Shown here: positions 29,951 to 41,233 of the stretch, piece by piece | Layout: every line of letters starts with the position of its first letter | Position numbering within the stretch: the stretch's first letter is position 1 | Sequence record: CP063550.1 | DNA from: a plasmid | Length of the DNA stretch: 64,000 bases | Strand: one strand, 5' to 3' | Made by a program: the position numbers and the translations under genes | The notes under the pieces: generated by a model | Databases searched by the model: none | What the model was told of the DNA's origin: nothing | Seen by the model: the letters and a program-made list of their open reading frames with translations, nothing else

Positions 29951-31633
29951 ATGAATACGATTATTAAGCAAATTGAGAAGGGAAAACCGTTTTTTGAAAA
30001 AATCTCACGTAATATTTATTTAGGGGCAATTCGCGATGGCTTTTTAACTGCTATGCCAGCTATTCTATTTTCAAGTATTTTTATTATGATTGCGGCTGTT
30101 CCAGAAGTATTTAACGTGACGTTACCAGAGGCATTCTCGACGTGGCTTTGGAAAGTTTATGGTTATTCAATGGGATTAGTTGGTCTTTTGGTTGTTGCTA
30201 CAACAGCTCGATGTTTAGCTAATTCAATGAACCGTCAATTATCTGATTCAGGTAAGCAGATTAATGAAGTTTCTGTTATGTTAGCGTCAATTTGTGGTTT
30301 TGTAATGATGGCAGCTGATCAAATTGATGGTGGGATAGCTACTGATTATTTAGGGACAAAGGGATTATTAGCAGCTTTCGTTTCTGCGTTTGTTACTGTA
30401 AATGTGTATAAATTCTGTGTTAAAAGAGATTTGACGATCCGTATGCCAAAAGAAGTTCCCGGAACAATCACACAGATGTTTAGAGATATTATCCCCTTTT
30501 CAATTGCAGTATTTATTGCCGTTTTGATTGATACGGGAGTTCGTCAATTTTTTGGAACATCATTTGCAGCAGGTGTAATTCAATTATTGCAGCCATTATT
30601 TAGTGCTGCTGATGGATATGTCGGTATTGCAATCATTTGGGGAGCCATGGCAATGTTCTGGTTTGTTGGTGTTCATGGACCATCGATTGTTGAACCAGCG
30701 ATTGCTGCAATTATTTATGCGAACGTAGAAACTAACTTTGAATTATTTAAAAACGGTGCACAAGCCTCAAAAGTATTAACAGTTGGTCTAGGAAACTTTG
30801 TTGGAACGATGGGTGGTACTGGAGCGACACTAGTTGTTCCTTTTCTGTTCATGTTGTTCGCTAAATCAAAACAATTGAAAGCAGTTGGTAAAGCTTCATT
30901 TATTCCAGTTTCGTTTGCGGTAAATGAACCGTTACTATTTGCTACTCCTATTATTTTGAATCCGTACTTTCTAATTCCATTTTTATTAGCACCAATCGCT
31001 AACGTATGGATATTCAAACTTTTTGTCGATGTCTTGGGGATGAATAGCTTTATATCCGTATTGCCTTGGGCGACGCCCGCACCGATTGGCTTGGTTTTAG
31101 GAACCGGGTTTAGTGTGTTGGCGATTGTATTAGCGGTAGTATTGATTGTTGTCGATGCGATTATTTATTTACCTTTTGTTAAGGCCTATGATTCTGAATT
31201 AGTAGAACAAGAGTTAAAAAACATTGCTGCAGAAGAAGTAAAAGAAGAATTGGTCGAAGAAATCCAAGAAGTTGGTGCAACTGCGGCAGTTATAGTTGAT
31301 GAAGCAAAAGCATCGGTTGGTGAAGGAAAGCGCGTTTTAGTACTTTGTGCTGGTGCCGGAACGAGTGCAATGTTGGCTAATGCATTAGAAGAGGGCGCAA
31401 AAGAGACAGGTGTTAATCTTTCTGCTAAAGCAGGAGCTTATGGTTCTCATTATGATATGATGAAAAATTTTGATTTAATCGTTCTAGCACCTCAAGTGAA
31501 TTCCTATTTGGATGATCTCCGTAAAGATGCAGACAAATTAGGGATAAAAGTAATTGCAACTAAAGGTGCAGAATATATCAATTTAACACGTGATCCTAAA
31601 GGAGCAGTTGATTTTGTATTGAAGCAATTTTAG
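29951..31633 (+). CDS. lacE: PTS lactose-family EIICB
   Basis: 'MNTIIKQIEKGKPFFEKISRNIYLGAIRDGF' LacE-type N-terminus. C-terminal IIB with Cys 'VLVLCAGAGTSAM'. RBS AGGAGAAG. Confidence 0.9.
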   Translation: MNTIIKQIEKGKPFFEKISRNIYLGAIRDGFLTAMPAILFSSIFIMIAAVPEVFNVTLPEAFSTWLWKVYGYSMGLVGLLVVATTARCLANSMNRQLSDSGKQINEVSVMLASICGFVMMAADQIDGGIATDYLGTKGLLAAFVSAFVTVNVYKFCVKRDLTIRMPKEVPGTITQMFRDIIPFSIAVFIAVLIDTGVRQFFGTSFAAGVIQLLQPLFSAADGYVGIAIIWGAMAMFWFVGVHGPSIVEPAIAAIIYANVETNFELFKNGAQASKVLTVGLGNFVGTMGGTGATLVVPFLFMLFAKSKQLKAVGKASFIPVSFAVNEPLLFATPIILNPYFLIPFLLAPIANVWIFKLFVDVLGMNSFISVLPWATPAPIGLVLGTGFSVLAIVLAVVLIVVDAIIYLPFVKAYDSELVEQELKNIAAEEVKEELVEEIQEVGATAAVIVDEAKASVGEGKRVLVLCAGAGTSAMLANALEEGAKETGVNLSAKAGAYGSHYDMMKNFDLIVLAPQVNSYLDDLRKDADKLGIKVIATKGAEYINLTRDPKGAVDFVLKQF

Positions 31634-31654
31634 AGCTTGCTTAGATTAATAAAG

Positions 31655-31690
31655 CGCTAGCCAACTTAGCTAGCGTTTTATCTTAAACAC
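31655..31690 (+). terminator. putative terminator after lacE
   Basis: 'AAAGCGCTAGCCAACTTAGCTAGCGTTTTATCTT' is an imperfect stem plus T-run. Confidence 0.45.
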
Positions 31691-31748
31691 AATGGTAAGC
31701 GCTATCTTTTTTTGCTGTTTAAATTTCGGGTATTCTTTTTGAGGCGTC

Positions 31749-32803
31749 GATTGTAAAATTAAGCTAGACAACTAAAAAGATCATTTGTGCTACACTCAAA
31801 ATAGTTCCGACCAAAGAATTAATAAGGAGTGAGTACAAATGACCTACACCCATCTTACAACAGACGAACTAGTAATCATAGAGTCTTATTTCAATATCGA
31901 GAAACCTGTCGCTCTTGTCGCACAAAGTTTAAATCGCTCTAGACAAACCATTTATAATGTTTATTCGTTTCTCAAACAAGGAAAAAAGTGCTAGATTATT
32001 ACCGTCAATACAAACAAAATAAATCTCGTTGTGGACGACGTTCAACCGTTTTATCTGATGAACAATCAACATATGTTCAAGAAAAGGTAGCTCAAGGGTG
32101 GTCACCCGATGTGATTATCGGCCGTGGCGAGTTTCCAATTGATTGTTCTGTTCGTACACTCTATCGGATGTTTAAAAAAGGCCTTTTTGACACACAGTCG
32201 TTACCTATGAAGGGGAAACGTAAACCGAATAATCATCAAGAAAAGCGTGGAAAACAGGCCTTTCGCAGAACGATTCATGAACGGAACAGTCTCTATCCAC
32301 ACCTGACTAAAGAATTTGGTCATCTCGAAGGCGACACCATTGTGGGAGTTAAACACAAGAGCGCTGTTATTACATTGGTTGAGTGTTTATCCAAGGTTAT
32401 TATTACTTTGAAACCGACAGGCAGACGAGCCGAAGATATCGAAAACAGGTTAAATGATTGGTTCAAATCCATGCCTAAACACTTGTTTAAATCCATGACA
32501 TTTGATTGTGGAAAAGAATTTTCCAACTGGCGATCTATAAGTAACTCGAACGATATTGCCATCTTTTTCGCAGATCCAGGAACACCTTCGCAAAGAGGGC
32601 TAAATGAGCACTCAAACGGCTTGCTTAGACGAGATGGCTTACCTAAAACAATGGACTTTAGGGACATGGATGAAACCTTTATTCAATCCGTTGCCTCGAA
32701 AAGAAACCATATTCCAAGAAAATCATTAAATTATCGAACACCATTGGAAGTATTTTTGAGCTGCATAGATAAAGACATATTGTCTAGCTTAATTTGACAA
32801 ATC
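31749..32803 (+). mobile_element. IS30-family insertion sequence, copy 2
   Basis: Same left inverted repeat and leader as 7635. The right end 'TTGTCTAGCTTAATTTGACAAATC' is also found as a remnant at 42862-43033. Confidence 0.8.
31839..32797 (+). pseudogene. IS30 family transposase, frameshifted near codon 50
   Basis: 'MTYTHLTTDELVIIESYFNIEKPVALVAQSLNRSRQTIYNVYSFLKQGKKC*' followed by ORF 31988-32797 in another frame. The break is at the run GGAAAAAAG. Confidence 0.8.
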
Positions 32804-32815
32804 AGAAAAGAAAAA

Positions 32816-33043
32816 ATGTATCAAGTTTTTGAAGAAATGGGTTATCCAATTAAAACGGTCACCAGAAAACTAGAAGTAATCAAAGCGGATGATACGATCA
32901 GCGATTTGTTAGATGTGGAAGAAGGAGATCCAATGTTCTATTTCCATACACAGGGTTTTTCGCTAGAACGTCTGCCCGTTGAGTATTCGATTTCGAAATA
33001 TCGAGGAGACATTAACTACTTTGTTTTTGAACTTGCACAATAA
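32816..33043 (+). pseudogene. GntR/HutC-family regulator C-terminal (UTRA) fragment
   Basis: '...DPMFYFHTQGFSLERLPVEYSISKYRGDINYFVFEL' is a UTRA-domain tail. The N-terminus has been displaced by the IS30 copy. Confidence 0.45.
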
Positions 33044-33257
33044 CTTCAGATTAAATAAAATGATTTATTAAAGATAAAAGTCGAATGAACAAGGCTGTCA
33101 CTATGACAGTCATGCTCGTTCGGTTTTATTTTTTAGAATAGCAGCTTGCAAATTCTGAAAAATTTTGCTTTCCTTCCTGCAGAAGGCTTCTTAAGAAAAC
33201 TTGTTCTAGCACTTTTCTTAAGAATTTGATAGTCTTAAAAAGAAAAGAGGCGATGAA

Positions 33258-34010
33258 ATGTTAAAAACGGATCGATTCCAAGCGATCATGTCGTTATTAG
33301 AGGTTAACGGTACAGTACGAGTCAGCGATATTATGGAGAAGTTTTCGGTTTCGGATATGACAGTCCGACGTGATTTGGACGAAATGGAGAAACAAGGATT
33401 ATTAGAACGCGTCCATGGCGGAGCGAAATTGAAGGATTTTTATCGGCATGTGGAGCTTTCTCATAGAGAAAAACAGATTATGCTGCAAGAAGAAAAGCAG
33501 CGGATTGTGGAAAAGGCGAATGAAATGATCAATGATGGTGATACGATATTTCTTGGACCAGGAACTACAATCGAGCTCATGTCAAAAATCATTCAAGGGG
33601 ATTCACTGCGGATTGTTACAAACTGTTTGCCTGTTTTTGAAGAATTAAATAAGCGAAAAGGGAATCGAAAAATCTATCTATTAGGTGGCGAGATGCGGGA
33701 AACGACTCAATGCTTTGTTGGTGAAATCACGAATAAATCGCTACAGGATATGAATTTTCATAAAGCATTTTTCAGCTGTAATGCTTTAAATGAACAGAAA
33801 ATTATGACTTCGACTTTTGAAGAGGGCCAAACTCAACAGATCGCTCTGAATAATTCTGTTGAACGCTTTTTATTGATTGATCATTCGAAAATTGGGAAAA
33901 GAGATTTTTCAGTATATTATAATCTGAATGATGTAACAGTAGTTATAACGGATGATGATGAACAAAAGCACTATGAAAAAATCGAAAAAGAAGAAAAATA
34001 TGTTGTGTAA
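33258..34010 (+). CDS. DeoR-family transcriptional regulator (LacR-like)
   Basis: HTH 'VRVSDIMEKFSVSDMTVRRDLDEM' plus a DeoR C-terminal sugar-phosphate sensor domain. Confidence 0.85.
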   Translation: MLKTDRFQAIMSLLEVNGTVRVSDIMEKFSVSDMTVRRDLDEMEKQGLLERVHGGAKLKDFYRHVELSHREKQIMLQEEKQRIVEKANEMINDGDTIFLGPGTTIELMSKIIQGDSLRIVTNCLPVFEELNKRKGNRKIYLLGGEMRETTQCFVGEITNKSLQDMNFHKAFFSCNALNEQKIMTSTFEEGQTQQIALNNSVERFLLIDHSKIGKRDFSVYYNLNDVTVVITDDDEQKHYEKIEKEEKYVV

Positions 34011-34602
34011 ATGAGAAACTGCCAAACTCTAGATAATTAGAACTTGGTAGTTTTTTGGTAGCCTTGAATTTAAGCGAATTATGTTATTTTTAGGGTGCAT
34101 CATTACTAATTCCTCCGAATACTTGAATACACCATTTGAAAAAAGATAGTCGATTTTTTTGGGATGTTATGTTTATGTGAAGGAAAAAATAGCAGTATCA
34201 ATCACCGCTTTATTAAGGAGGAAAAGGGATATCAAAACAACCATGGACACTAAGTCAGCTGAAGCTCTTTGACATGAAACGAGTTAGATCAGAAAAAGCA
34301 ATGATGAAATCGCACGCATAACCGCGGGATGCGAAGCGATTCAGGAAAAAAGAAATCAAGGAATTCGCAATTAAACAACAAAAAGTCAAAAAGCACAAAA
34401 CAAACAAGAACACAAAAAGAATCGTTGAGGAATACCAACAAAGGCAAGCTTAAAGGAGTTAAAAAAAGCATAAACGTTGATAATTTCTTTATTGGGTGTG
34501 GCAAGAGATGGGCTATGCTTTTTGAAATGGATTTTACATCTATTTATTTTTTATAGGTAAAATAATACCCCGAAGTCTAAAGACATTCGGGGTGTTTTTA
34601 GC

Positions 34603-36060
34603 TTATTTAGCTTCGGCTGCATAAGTCATATTATGCGCCGTTGCCGGAGATGCATTCTCTTCTTTTTCAGCTGCGTATGCAGCGTTGCGTTTTTTCATTT
34701 GACGAGCGTACCAAATGAAGATTAAAAGGTATGCACCTAATGCTAAGGCAGCGTATATCACAAATTCGATTTGTCCTTGAGAAGCATTACCGACTAAATA
34801 ACCTAGGAATTTTTCAATCGGGCCTTCCATCGTTGTATGAGAGATCATGGCGGACCCGTTCAAGCCGGCTGGAAAGGCTCCGACTGCTTTAGCTGTTTGA
34901 GTAACGAACGGGGCGATCAAGGTGCCGGACCATAAGAATAATGGTAATTCGATCGCGCCGATTACGATCATACGGATTAATTTTCCACGAGTTACGACCA
35001 ATAGTGCTGGGGTAACACCCATTGCGATGATTCCGCCTAGTGGCAATAATTTATTTCCTGGTAAGATGATGGCTTCTAGCAACATGATTGGTGCTAATAC
35101 GTTAGCGGCAGCCCAGATTTCAGCGCGGCCTGCTATGAAAGGCCAGTCTAAACCTATGTTGATGGTACGTCCTTTTAGTCGTTTATTGGCAAAATCGGTA
35201 ATCCCTTGTGATAACGGTTCTACGGCTGCGATGAACCAAGCGCCTATCAAAGAGAACAATTCCAAACAGACGGCAGCGGTAAAGGCTAGCGAGAAAATTT
35301 GCGTTGGTGTTTGTCCTGCTAGTAATCCAACAAAAATCCCCAAATAAATTCCAATCGCGAATTTTGATCCCCAGAAGCCAATTTTACTATTCAATTTGGC
35401 AGCATCGAAATCATATTTATCCAACCAAGGGAAGATTTTGTCGAAAATTTTATCGAAAACCATAATAATCGGATTCATCATGTAGTTCATATGAGTCGTG
35501 GTCATCGGGTTGCTGTCTGGCGCATTTAACAAGTCATTGAAGGTTGGTTTCATTAAGTCGGAGTTCCAAATTTTTAATACACCAATGAAAATAACTAATG
35601 CAGAAGCAATAAACAGATTAGCACCGCAGAAGATCGCGAACAAACCAACAATTGCTAAATGCCAAATATCGAAAATATCCACATCTAATGTGTTGGTTTT
35701 TTTCATTGCTAACATGACAATATTGACGATCACCATAATTAGTAAAAAATAAAGCGTGTATGGCGACCCCCATGTGATGGTTGCTAGTGGGGCCCAACCG
35801 ACATCTGTAATGTTTAATGAAATACCTGTGCGTTCAACAAAAGCTGTCATAGCGTCTGAAAAAGCAGTAGTTAAAATTCCAATAATAGCTCCGATCCCAG
35901 TCAGGGCGATCCCTAATTTGAGCCCGCCTTCAAGAGCGCGTGACGGTTTTACTTTAAAAAATAAAGCAATAACAGTTAATACGATGGTCATTAACGGTGC
36001 CGCACCTAAATTAATTAGGGGGGTAAATACTTTATTGGCAATATCAATAATTGTATTCAT
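34603..36060 (-). CDS. PTS galactitol-family EIIC
   Basis: 485-aa polytopic membrane protein. GatC-type N-terminus 'MNTIIDIANKVFTPLINLGAAPLMTIVLT'. Confidence 0.9.
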   Translation of the reverse strand: MNTIIDIANKVFTPLINLGAAPLMTIVLTVIALFFKVKPSRALEGGLKLGIALTGIGAIIGILTTAFSDAMTAFVERTGISLNITDVGWAPLATITWGSPYTLYFLLIMVIVNIVMLAMKKTNTLDVDIFDIWHLAIVGLFAIFCGANLFIASALVIFIGVLKIWNSDLMKPTFNDLLNAPDSNPMTTTHMNYMMNPIIMVFDKIFDKIFPWLDKYDFDAAKLNSKIGFWGSKFAIGIYLGIFVGLLAGQTPTQIFSLAFTAAVCLELFSLIGAWFIAAVEPLSQGITDFANKRLKGRTINIGLDWPFIAGRAEIWAAANVLAPIMLLEAIILPGNKLLPLGGIIAMGVTPALLVVTRGKLIRMIVIGAIELPLFLWSGTLIAPFVTQTAKAVGAFPAGLNGSAMISHTTMEGPIEKFLGYLVGNASQGQIEFVIYAALALGAYLLIFIWYARQMKKRNAAYAAEKEENASPATAHNMTYAAEAK

Positions 36061-36081
36061 ATGCTTTTCCTTTCTTTAGTC

Positions 36082-36384
36082 CTATTTGTTTAATGATTGG
36101 ATTGCGCTTTCCATACTTTGGTAAACAGGCTCAGCCATAGCAGGAATACGATAAAGAATAGCACCTGCATCAACGACAGGGATGTTAATGTCAAAACCCA
36201 AGTCGGTGTTGGCAATTTGTGCGAAAATGTCATAATGAGACAGCATTTCTTCATTGATATCTTTGATCATAACGGCGTCACAGGTGACTTGATAGCCACG
36301 ATTTTTCAATTCAGTTTCCAAAGCGCTTTTGATTTGATGGCTTGAATTAACGCCTGCTCCACATGCTGCTAAAATTTTGATCAT
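36082..36384 (-). CDS. PTS galactitol-family EIIB
   Basis: 'ILAACGAGVNSS' active-site Cys loop. Confidence 0.85.
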   Translation of the reverse strand: MIKILAACGAGVNSSHQIKSALETELKNRGYQVTCDAVMIKDINEEMLSHYDIFAQIANTDLGFDINIPVVDAGAILYRIPAMAEPVYQSMESAIQSLNK

Positions 36385-36440
36385 AATAATTCTCCCCTTA
36401 AAATAAGTTTATTTTTTATCCTGCGGTTAGGCAGAGACTT

Positions 36441-36920
36441 CTATATATAAAAATGTTCTTCTAAAAAATGATAAATCGCTTCTGTGTCCTCTAATTTGAA
36501 AAACGAAAACAGTTTTTCTTCGTCAACAGAATTAATGAAATCCATGATATTAGCCAACATGCCAGCCTGTGCTTCACCATTTTCGTTCAAGATCATGAAA
36601 AGAAATGAAGCGGAAATCTGATCGCTTGGCGAGATCATGTTGTAGAAAGGGATTTCATTTTTTACTTTGATTGGAATGATACGGGTGGTTCGCACAAACT
36701 CACTTTCGGTATGAGGGATAGCGATATCTGGCAATATTTTAGAGACAGGTGAGAGATCTAATCCCGTCGGATAATTACGCTCCCGTTCTAAAAGGTTCTC
36801 CAAAAAATCTTCGGTTACCAATTCTTTCTTTAACAGATCTTGATAGACTTCCTCGAACACTTCTTCCTGCGACTGCTTGTCAGAAACATAGACAGTGTCT
36901 TTGAAAAAGAATTCATTCAC
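36441..36920 (-). CDS. PTS EIIA (mannitol/fructose type-2 fold, galactitol family)
   Basis: 'DIAIPHTESEFV' phosphorylatable His. Confidence 0.8.
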   Translation of the reverse strand: MNEFFFKDTVYVSDKQSQEEVFEEVYQDLLKKELVTEDFLENLLERERNYPTGLDLSPVSKILPDIAIPHTESEFVRTTRIIPIKVKNEIPFYNMISPSDQISASFLFMILNENGEAQAGMLANIMDFINSVDEEKLFSFFKLEDTEAIYHFLEEHFYI

Positions 36921-37084
36921 ACAAAACAGCTCCTTTATTAGTTCGTTTATGTTTATTTATATGTTTACAAGTTGAGTATAACCGCTTACAAAATCATTGT
37001 CAACGCATAAACGAAAATAAACGAACAATATGTGTTGAAAAATGTTCGTAAATGTTTTATTATAAGGTCGTGGAGGTACAGAAT

Positions 37085-37858
37085 ATGCTGAAAACAGAAC
37101 GACAGCGTTCGATCTTAGCGATGTGTGATCGCTATGGGACGATAACAGTCAAATTTATTCAGGAAGTACTGAATGTTTCAGATATGACGATCCGCCGAGA
37201 TCTAGAGGAACTCGCGCAGAAGAAAAAGCTTTTACGCGTTCATGGCGGTGCACAAAAAATCGATTATCTGGAAATGTCGACTTCTATAGAAGCAAATGAG
37301 CTTTCTCATACTGAAAAAAAGAAGCTGCATACAAAAGAGAAGGAATACATCGCTAAAAATGCGGCAGCTCATATCAATCAAGAAGACGACACGATTTTTC
37401 TTGGATCGGGTACAACGATCGAATTAATGACACGATACATCAAGCCGTCATCTCTCCGAATCGTTACCAATAGTCTGCCGGTTTTCAATCTATTAAGTGA
37501 AATAAAAAGATTTGAACTGTATTTGATCGGTGGGCTATATCGGGAAAAGACTGGAGCCTTTGTCGGTTCAATTGCCAATGAAGCTGTTCAAAAAATCGGT
37601 ATTAAGAAGGCTTTTGTCGGAGTGAATGGATTGAAGGGTTCGGAGGTTTCGAATTTCAGTATTGAAGAAGGTACCTTGCAAAAAATTGTTTTAGATAATG
37701 CGGCAGAAAAATGTTTGGTTTCAGATGCAAACAAATTCGACCATAGCGATTTTTATAATTTCTATGATTTGCGCAAGATCGACAAATTATTTACGGATTC
37801 TACTCTTTCAGCCGAGCTGAAGAGTTATTATCAGCAATTCACTAAAATCATTCAGTAA
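37085..37858 (+). CDS. DeoR-family transcriptional regulator
   Basis: RBS GGAGG at 37071. 'VKFIQEVLNVSDMTIRRDLEEL'. Confidence 0.85.
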   Translation: MLKTERQRSILAMCDRYGTITVKFIQEVLNVSDMTIRRDLEELAQKKKLLRVHGGAQKIDYLEMSTSIEANELSHTEKKKLHTKEKEYIAKNAAAHINQEDDTIFLGSGTTIELMTRYIKPSSLRIVTNSLPVFNLLSEIKRFELYLIGGLYREKTGAFVGSIANEAVQKIGIKKAFVGVNGLKGSEVSNFSIEEGTLQKIVLDNAAEKCLVSDANKFDHSDFYNFYDLRKIDKLFTDSTLSAELKSYYQQFTKIIQ

Positions 37859-37877
37859 AAAATAGGAGGAAACAAAA

Positions 37878-38306
37878 ATGCGTGTAGTAATTGGTTCAGA
37901 CAGTGACGGCATGGAATTAAAGGAATTAATCAAGAAAAAATTGATCAAAGAAGGTATTACAGTAGTAGATAAGAGTGAAACGGCTTCAGAAGATTTTGTG
38001 GAATCAACTTTGGCGATCGCAAATGATCTGAATGAAAACGAAGGTAGTTTAGGAATCGCGGTTGATGGCTACGGCGCTGGCAGCTTTATCACGGCAACAA
38101 AGGTTAAAGGAATGGTAGCAGCAGAAGTTTCGGATGAGCGCAGTGCGTATATGACCCGTAAACATAATAATTCTCGGATGATCACACTTGGATCAAAAAT
38201 TGTTGGCGATGAGTTGGCGTTGAATATTGTTAAGGAATTTCTACAAGCAAATTATGATGGTGGTCGTCATCAAGTACGTGTCGACATGTTAAATAAAATG
38301 GCGTAA
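37878..38306 (+). CDS. lacA: galactose-6-phosphate isomerase subunit LacA
   Basis: '[16 protein letters not shown]' RpiB/LacAB family. Gene order lacABCD. Confidence 0.9.
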   Translation: MRVVIGSDSDGMELKELIKKKLIKEGITVVDKSETASEDFVESTLAIANDLNENEGSLGIAVDGYGAGSFITATKVKGMVAAEVSDERSAYMTRKHNNSRMITLGSKIVGDELALNIVKEFLQANYDGGRHQVRVDMLNKMA

Positions 38307-38315
38307 TTAGGAAGG

Positions 38316-38840
38316 ATGAATGAAATGAAAATCGCAATTGGCTGTGACCACATCGTCACAGATACAAAAATGGCAGTATCAGATTTCTTAAAATCAAAAG
38401 GACATGAAGTGTTGGATATGGGGACCTATGACTTTACCAGAACCCATTATCCGATCTACGGAAAAAAAGTCGGAGAGGCCGTGACTAGCGGAGAAGCAGA
38501 TCTAGGAGTTTGTTTGTGTGGAACAGGTGTTGGGATTAACAACGCTGTCAATAAAGTACCTGGTATCCGCAGTGCGCTGGTTCGCGATATGACGACTGCT
38601 ATCTATGCGAAGGAACAACTAAATGCCAATGTGATCGGCTTTGGCGCTCGGATTACGGGAGAATTTTTGATCTGTGACATATTAGAGGCCTTCATCAATG
38701 CCGATTATCAAGAAACTGAAGAAAACAAAAAATTGATCGCCAAAATCGATCACGTCGAAAAAGCCAGTGACAAGCAGTCTGATCCGCATTTCTTCGATGA
38801 ATTTATCGAGAAATGGGATCGTGGCGAATACCACGATTAA
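38316..38840 (+). CDS. lacB: galactose-6-phosphate isomerase subunit LacB
   Basis: '[13 protein letters not shown]'. The start may be ATG 38325. Confidence 0.9.
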   Translation: MNEMKIAIGCDHIVTDTKMAVSDFLKSKGHEVLDMGTYDFTRTHYPIYGKKVGEAVTSGEADLGVCLCGTGVGINNAVNKVPGIRSALVRDMTTAIYAKEQLNANVIGFGARITGEFLICDILEAFINADYQETEENKKLIAKIDHVEKASDKQSDPHFFDEFIEKWDRGEYHD

Positions 38841-38852
38841 GCGGGTGGACAA

Positions 38853-39779
38853 ATGATTTTAACAATAACGATGAATCCATCGATTGATATTTCTTATCCA
38901 TTAGAAACCTTCAAGCTCGACACAGTCAATCGAGTAAGAAATGTTCGCAAAACAGCTGGCGGTAAGGGCCTAAATGTGACACGTATCTTGAAGCAATTAG
39001 ATACGGAGGTGATTGCTAGTGGTTTAATCGGCGGTTTTTTAGGTGAAGAGATTAAAAAGGACCTGACTCAAAATGAGATTGCTCATGACTTTTTACCTAT
39101 CAGCGGAGAGACACGTAATTGCATCGCTGTTTTACATGACGGAAAACAGACGGAAATCCTAGAAAACGGACCTGTTATTACTGAACAAGAAGCAAGGGCG
39201 TTCTTGCAACATTTCGAAAAATTAGCTGTTAAAGCCGAAATCATTTCTTTTTCAGGAAGCTTGCCAGAAGGATTGCCTGCTGATTTTTATCGACAAATGC
39301 TGCAAGTTTGTCAGCCAAAGCCTGTCGTTTTAGATTGTTCAGGTACAGCATTAAGGGAAGTGTTGCGAGGCAGTGTAAAGCCTAAGCTAATAAAACCCAA
39401 TACCGAAGAGCTGGCTGGTCTGCTAGGACGAGAAATCTCAACAGAATTATCAGATTTAAAAGCCGCCTTGTCAGATTCGATGTTTGATGAAATTGAATGG
39501 ATAGTGGTTTCAATGGGGGGCGACGGAGCCTTTGCCAAACATCACGAGACTTTTTATTGCGTGACAATTCCAAAGATTGATGTCGTCAATCCAGTTGGCT
39601 CTGGTGATGCGACCGTTGCCGGATTGACCGCTGCGATTCAACAAGGTCTTTCGGATGAAGCCGTGTTAAAACAGGGTAATGTTTTAGGAATGCTGAATGC
39701 TCAGGAAGCGACGACTGGCTATGTCCAATTAGCCAATTATCAAAAACTATATGATCAAATCTTAGTGGAGAAAGTGTAG
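38853..39779 (+). CDS. lacC: tagatose-6-phosphate kinase
   Basis: '[17 protein letters not shown]...[13 protein letters not shown]' PfkB family. Confidence 0.9.
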   Translation: MILTITMNPSIDISYPLETFKLDTVNRVRNVRKTAGGKGLNVTRILKQLDTEVIASGLIGGFLGEEIKKDLTQNEIAHDFLPISGETRNCIAVLHDGKQTEILENGPVITEQEARAFLQHFEKLAVKAEIISFSGSLPEGLPADFYRQMLQVCQPKPVVLDCSGTALREVLRGSVKPKLIKPNTEELAGLLGREISTELSDLKAALSDSMFDEIEWIVVSMGGDGAFAKHHETFYCVTIPKIDVVNPVGSGDATVAGLTAAIQQGLSDEAVLKQGNVLGMLNAQEATTGYVQLANYQKLYDQILVEKV

Positions 39780-39791
39780 GAGGATACGGAA

Positions 39792-40778
39792 ATGAACGAA
39801 GAAAAACGTCAATATATCAAGCAACTATGCAATGAAGATGGAGTGATTGGGGCCTTAGCAATTGATCAACGCGGGGCTTTGAAGAAGATGATCACAAAAT
39901 TCAAGGGCAGCGAAGCAGAAGAATCAGAAATCGTTGAATTTAAAGAAATTGTTTCTTCACAATTAACGAAATATGCCTCATCGATTTTATTAGATCCCGA
40001 ATATGGCTTGCCAGCAGCTGACGTTAGAGCAAAAAATGCCGGCTTGCTGTTAGCTTATGAAAAAACTGGTTACGATGCGTCAACTCCCGGCCGTTTACCA
40101 GATTTATTATCGATCTGGTCAGTTAAACGTTTAAAAGAAGCAGGCGCCGATGCTTGTAAGTTCCTACTTTACTATGATGTCGATGAAGCAGAAGAAATCA
40201 ATAATCAAAAACATGCCTTTATTGAACGAATCGGCTCAGAATGTCAGGCTGAAAACTTACCCTTCTTCTTGGAGCTTGTTTCTTATGACGCGAACATCTC
40301 TGATGCGACTTCGAAAGAATACGCCATTAAGAAACCTCATAAAGTCAACGATATGATGAAGGAATTTTCTGATCCACGTTATGGCGTAGATGTGTTAAAG
40401 GTGGAAGTACCCGTCAATATGAATTATGTGGAAGGCTATGGGACAGACGAAGTCGTGTACACAAAGGCACAAGCGGCTAACTTCTTCAAGGAACAGGCTG
40501 AAGCCACTAACCTGCCATTTATTTTCCTAAGCGCCGGTGTAAAAGCAGAGTTGTTCCAAGAAACACTGCGCTTCGCGAAAAATGCCGGCTCAACCTTCAA
40601 TGGTGTACTTTGCGGCCGTGCGACTTGGGCAGATGGTGTAGAAAGCTATATCGTTGATGGAAAAGAAGCAGCGATGGAGTGGATGAATACGCAAGGGCGT
40701 AAAAATATTGAAGAATTAAATGCCGTATTGAAAGAAACTGCTACACCGGTGGAAGTGTTAACAAGCTCACTATCATAA
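39792..40778 (+). CDS. lacD: tagatose-1,6-bisphosphate aldolase
   Basis: '[18 protein letters not shown]' LacD signature region. Confidence 0.9.
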   Translation: MNEEKRQYIKQLCNEDGVIGALAIDQRGALKKMITKFKGSEAEESEIVEFKEIVSSQLTKYASSILLDPEYGLPAADVRAKNAGLLLAYEKTGYDASTPGRLPDLLSIWSVKRLKEAGADACKFLLYYDVDEAEEINNQKHAFIERIGSECQAENLPFFLELVSYDANISDATSKEYAIKKPHKVNDMMKEFSDPRYGVDVLKVEVPVNMNYVEGYGTDEVVYTKAQAANFFKEQAEATNLPFIFLSAGVKAELFQETLRFAKNAGSTFNGVLCGRATWADGVESYIVDGKEAAMEWMNTQGRKNIEELNAVLKETATPVEVLTSSLS

Positions 40779-40783
40779 GAAAT

Positions 40784-40826
40784 CAGACTGTGAAGCAAAA
40801 TTGCTTGCAGTCTTTTTTTATACATA
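40784..40826 (+). terminator. rho-independent terminator after lacD
   Basis: 'AGACTGTGAAGCAAAATTGCTTGCAGTCTTTTTTTAT'. Confidence 0.5.
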
Positions 40827-41233
40827 AAGCGTAAAATCATGCTGCATTATTAGGGGAACGAATTCTAAAATAGTAAGTGAGTTAAAACGAAGGGGTTTTT
40901 CTTTAGAGAGATTTTCTTACATGTGGTACTTAATGACTTGATGGCAATTTTCAGTATTCTAACGAGGCTTATTGGTCATAAACCAACGAACTTTGAAAAG
41001 TATATACAAGAAAACCAAGCAAATAGAAAGTAGTGAGACTGGAGGAAAGGTTCCAGTCTTTTTCTATTCTAGGTATTTTCAAACAGTAAAATCATTCTTA
41101 ATTATGTGTTTTTTAACAGAATGTATGAATTTCTTCAAATCTTCACAAAAAGAACGTGGACTTTGAAGAAGAGCGTGTACTATGCTAAAAAGCATAAGTG
41201 TAATTACTAAATCCGTATGAGGAGTGAATATAC

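Noticed and set aside
34289-34556. Lys-rich ORFs (34289-34504 and 34329-34556).
   Set aside because: Low-complexity translations of an A-rich spacer. Implausible proteins.
40972-41166. 64-aa ORF upstream of the response regulator.
   Set aside because: No RBS. It lies in the promoter region.
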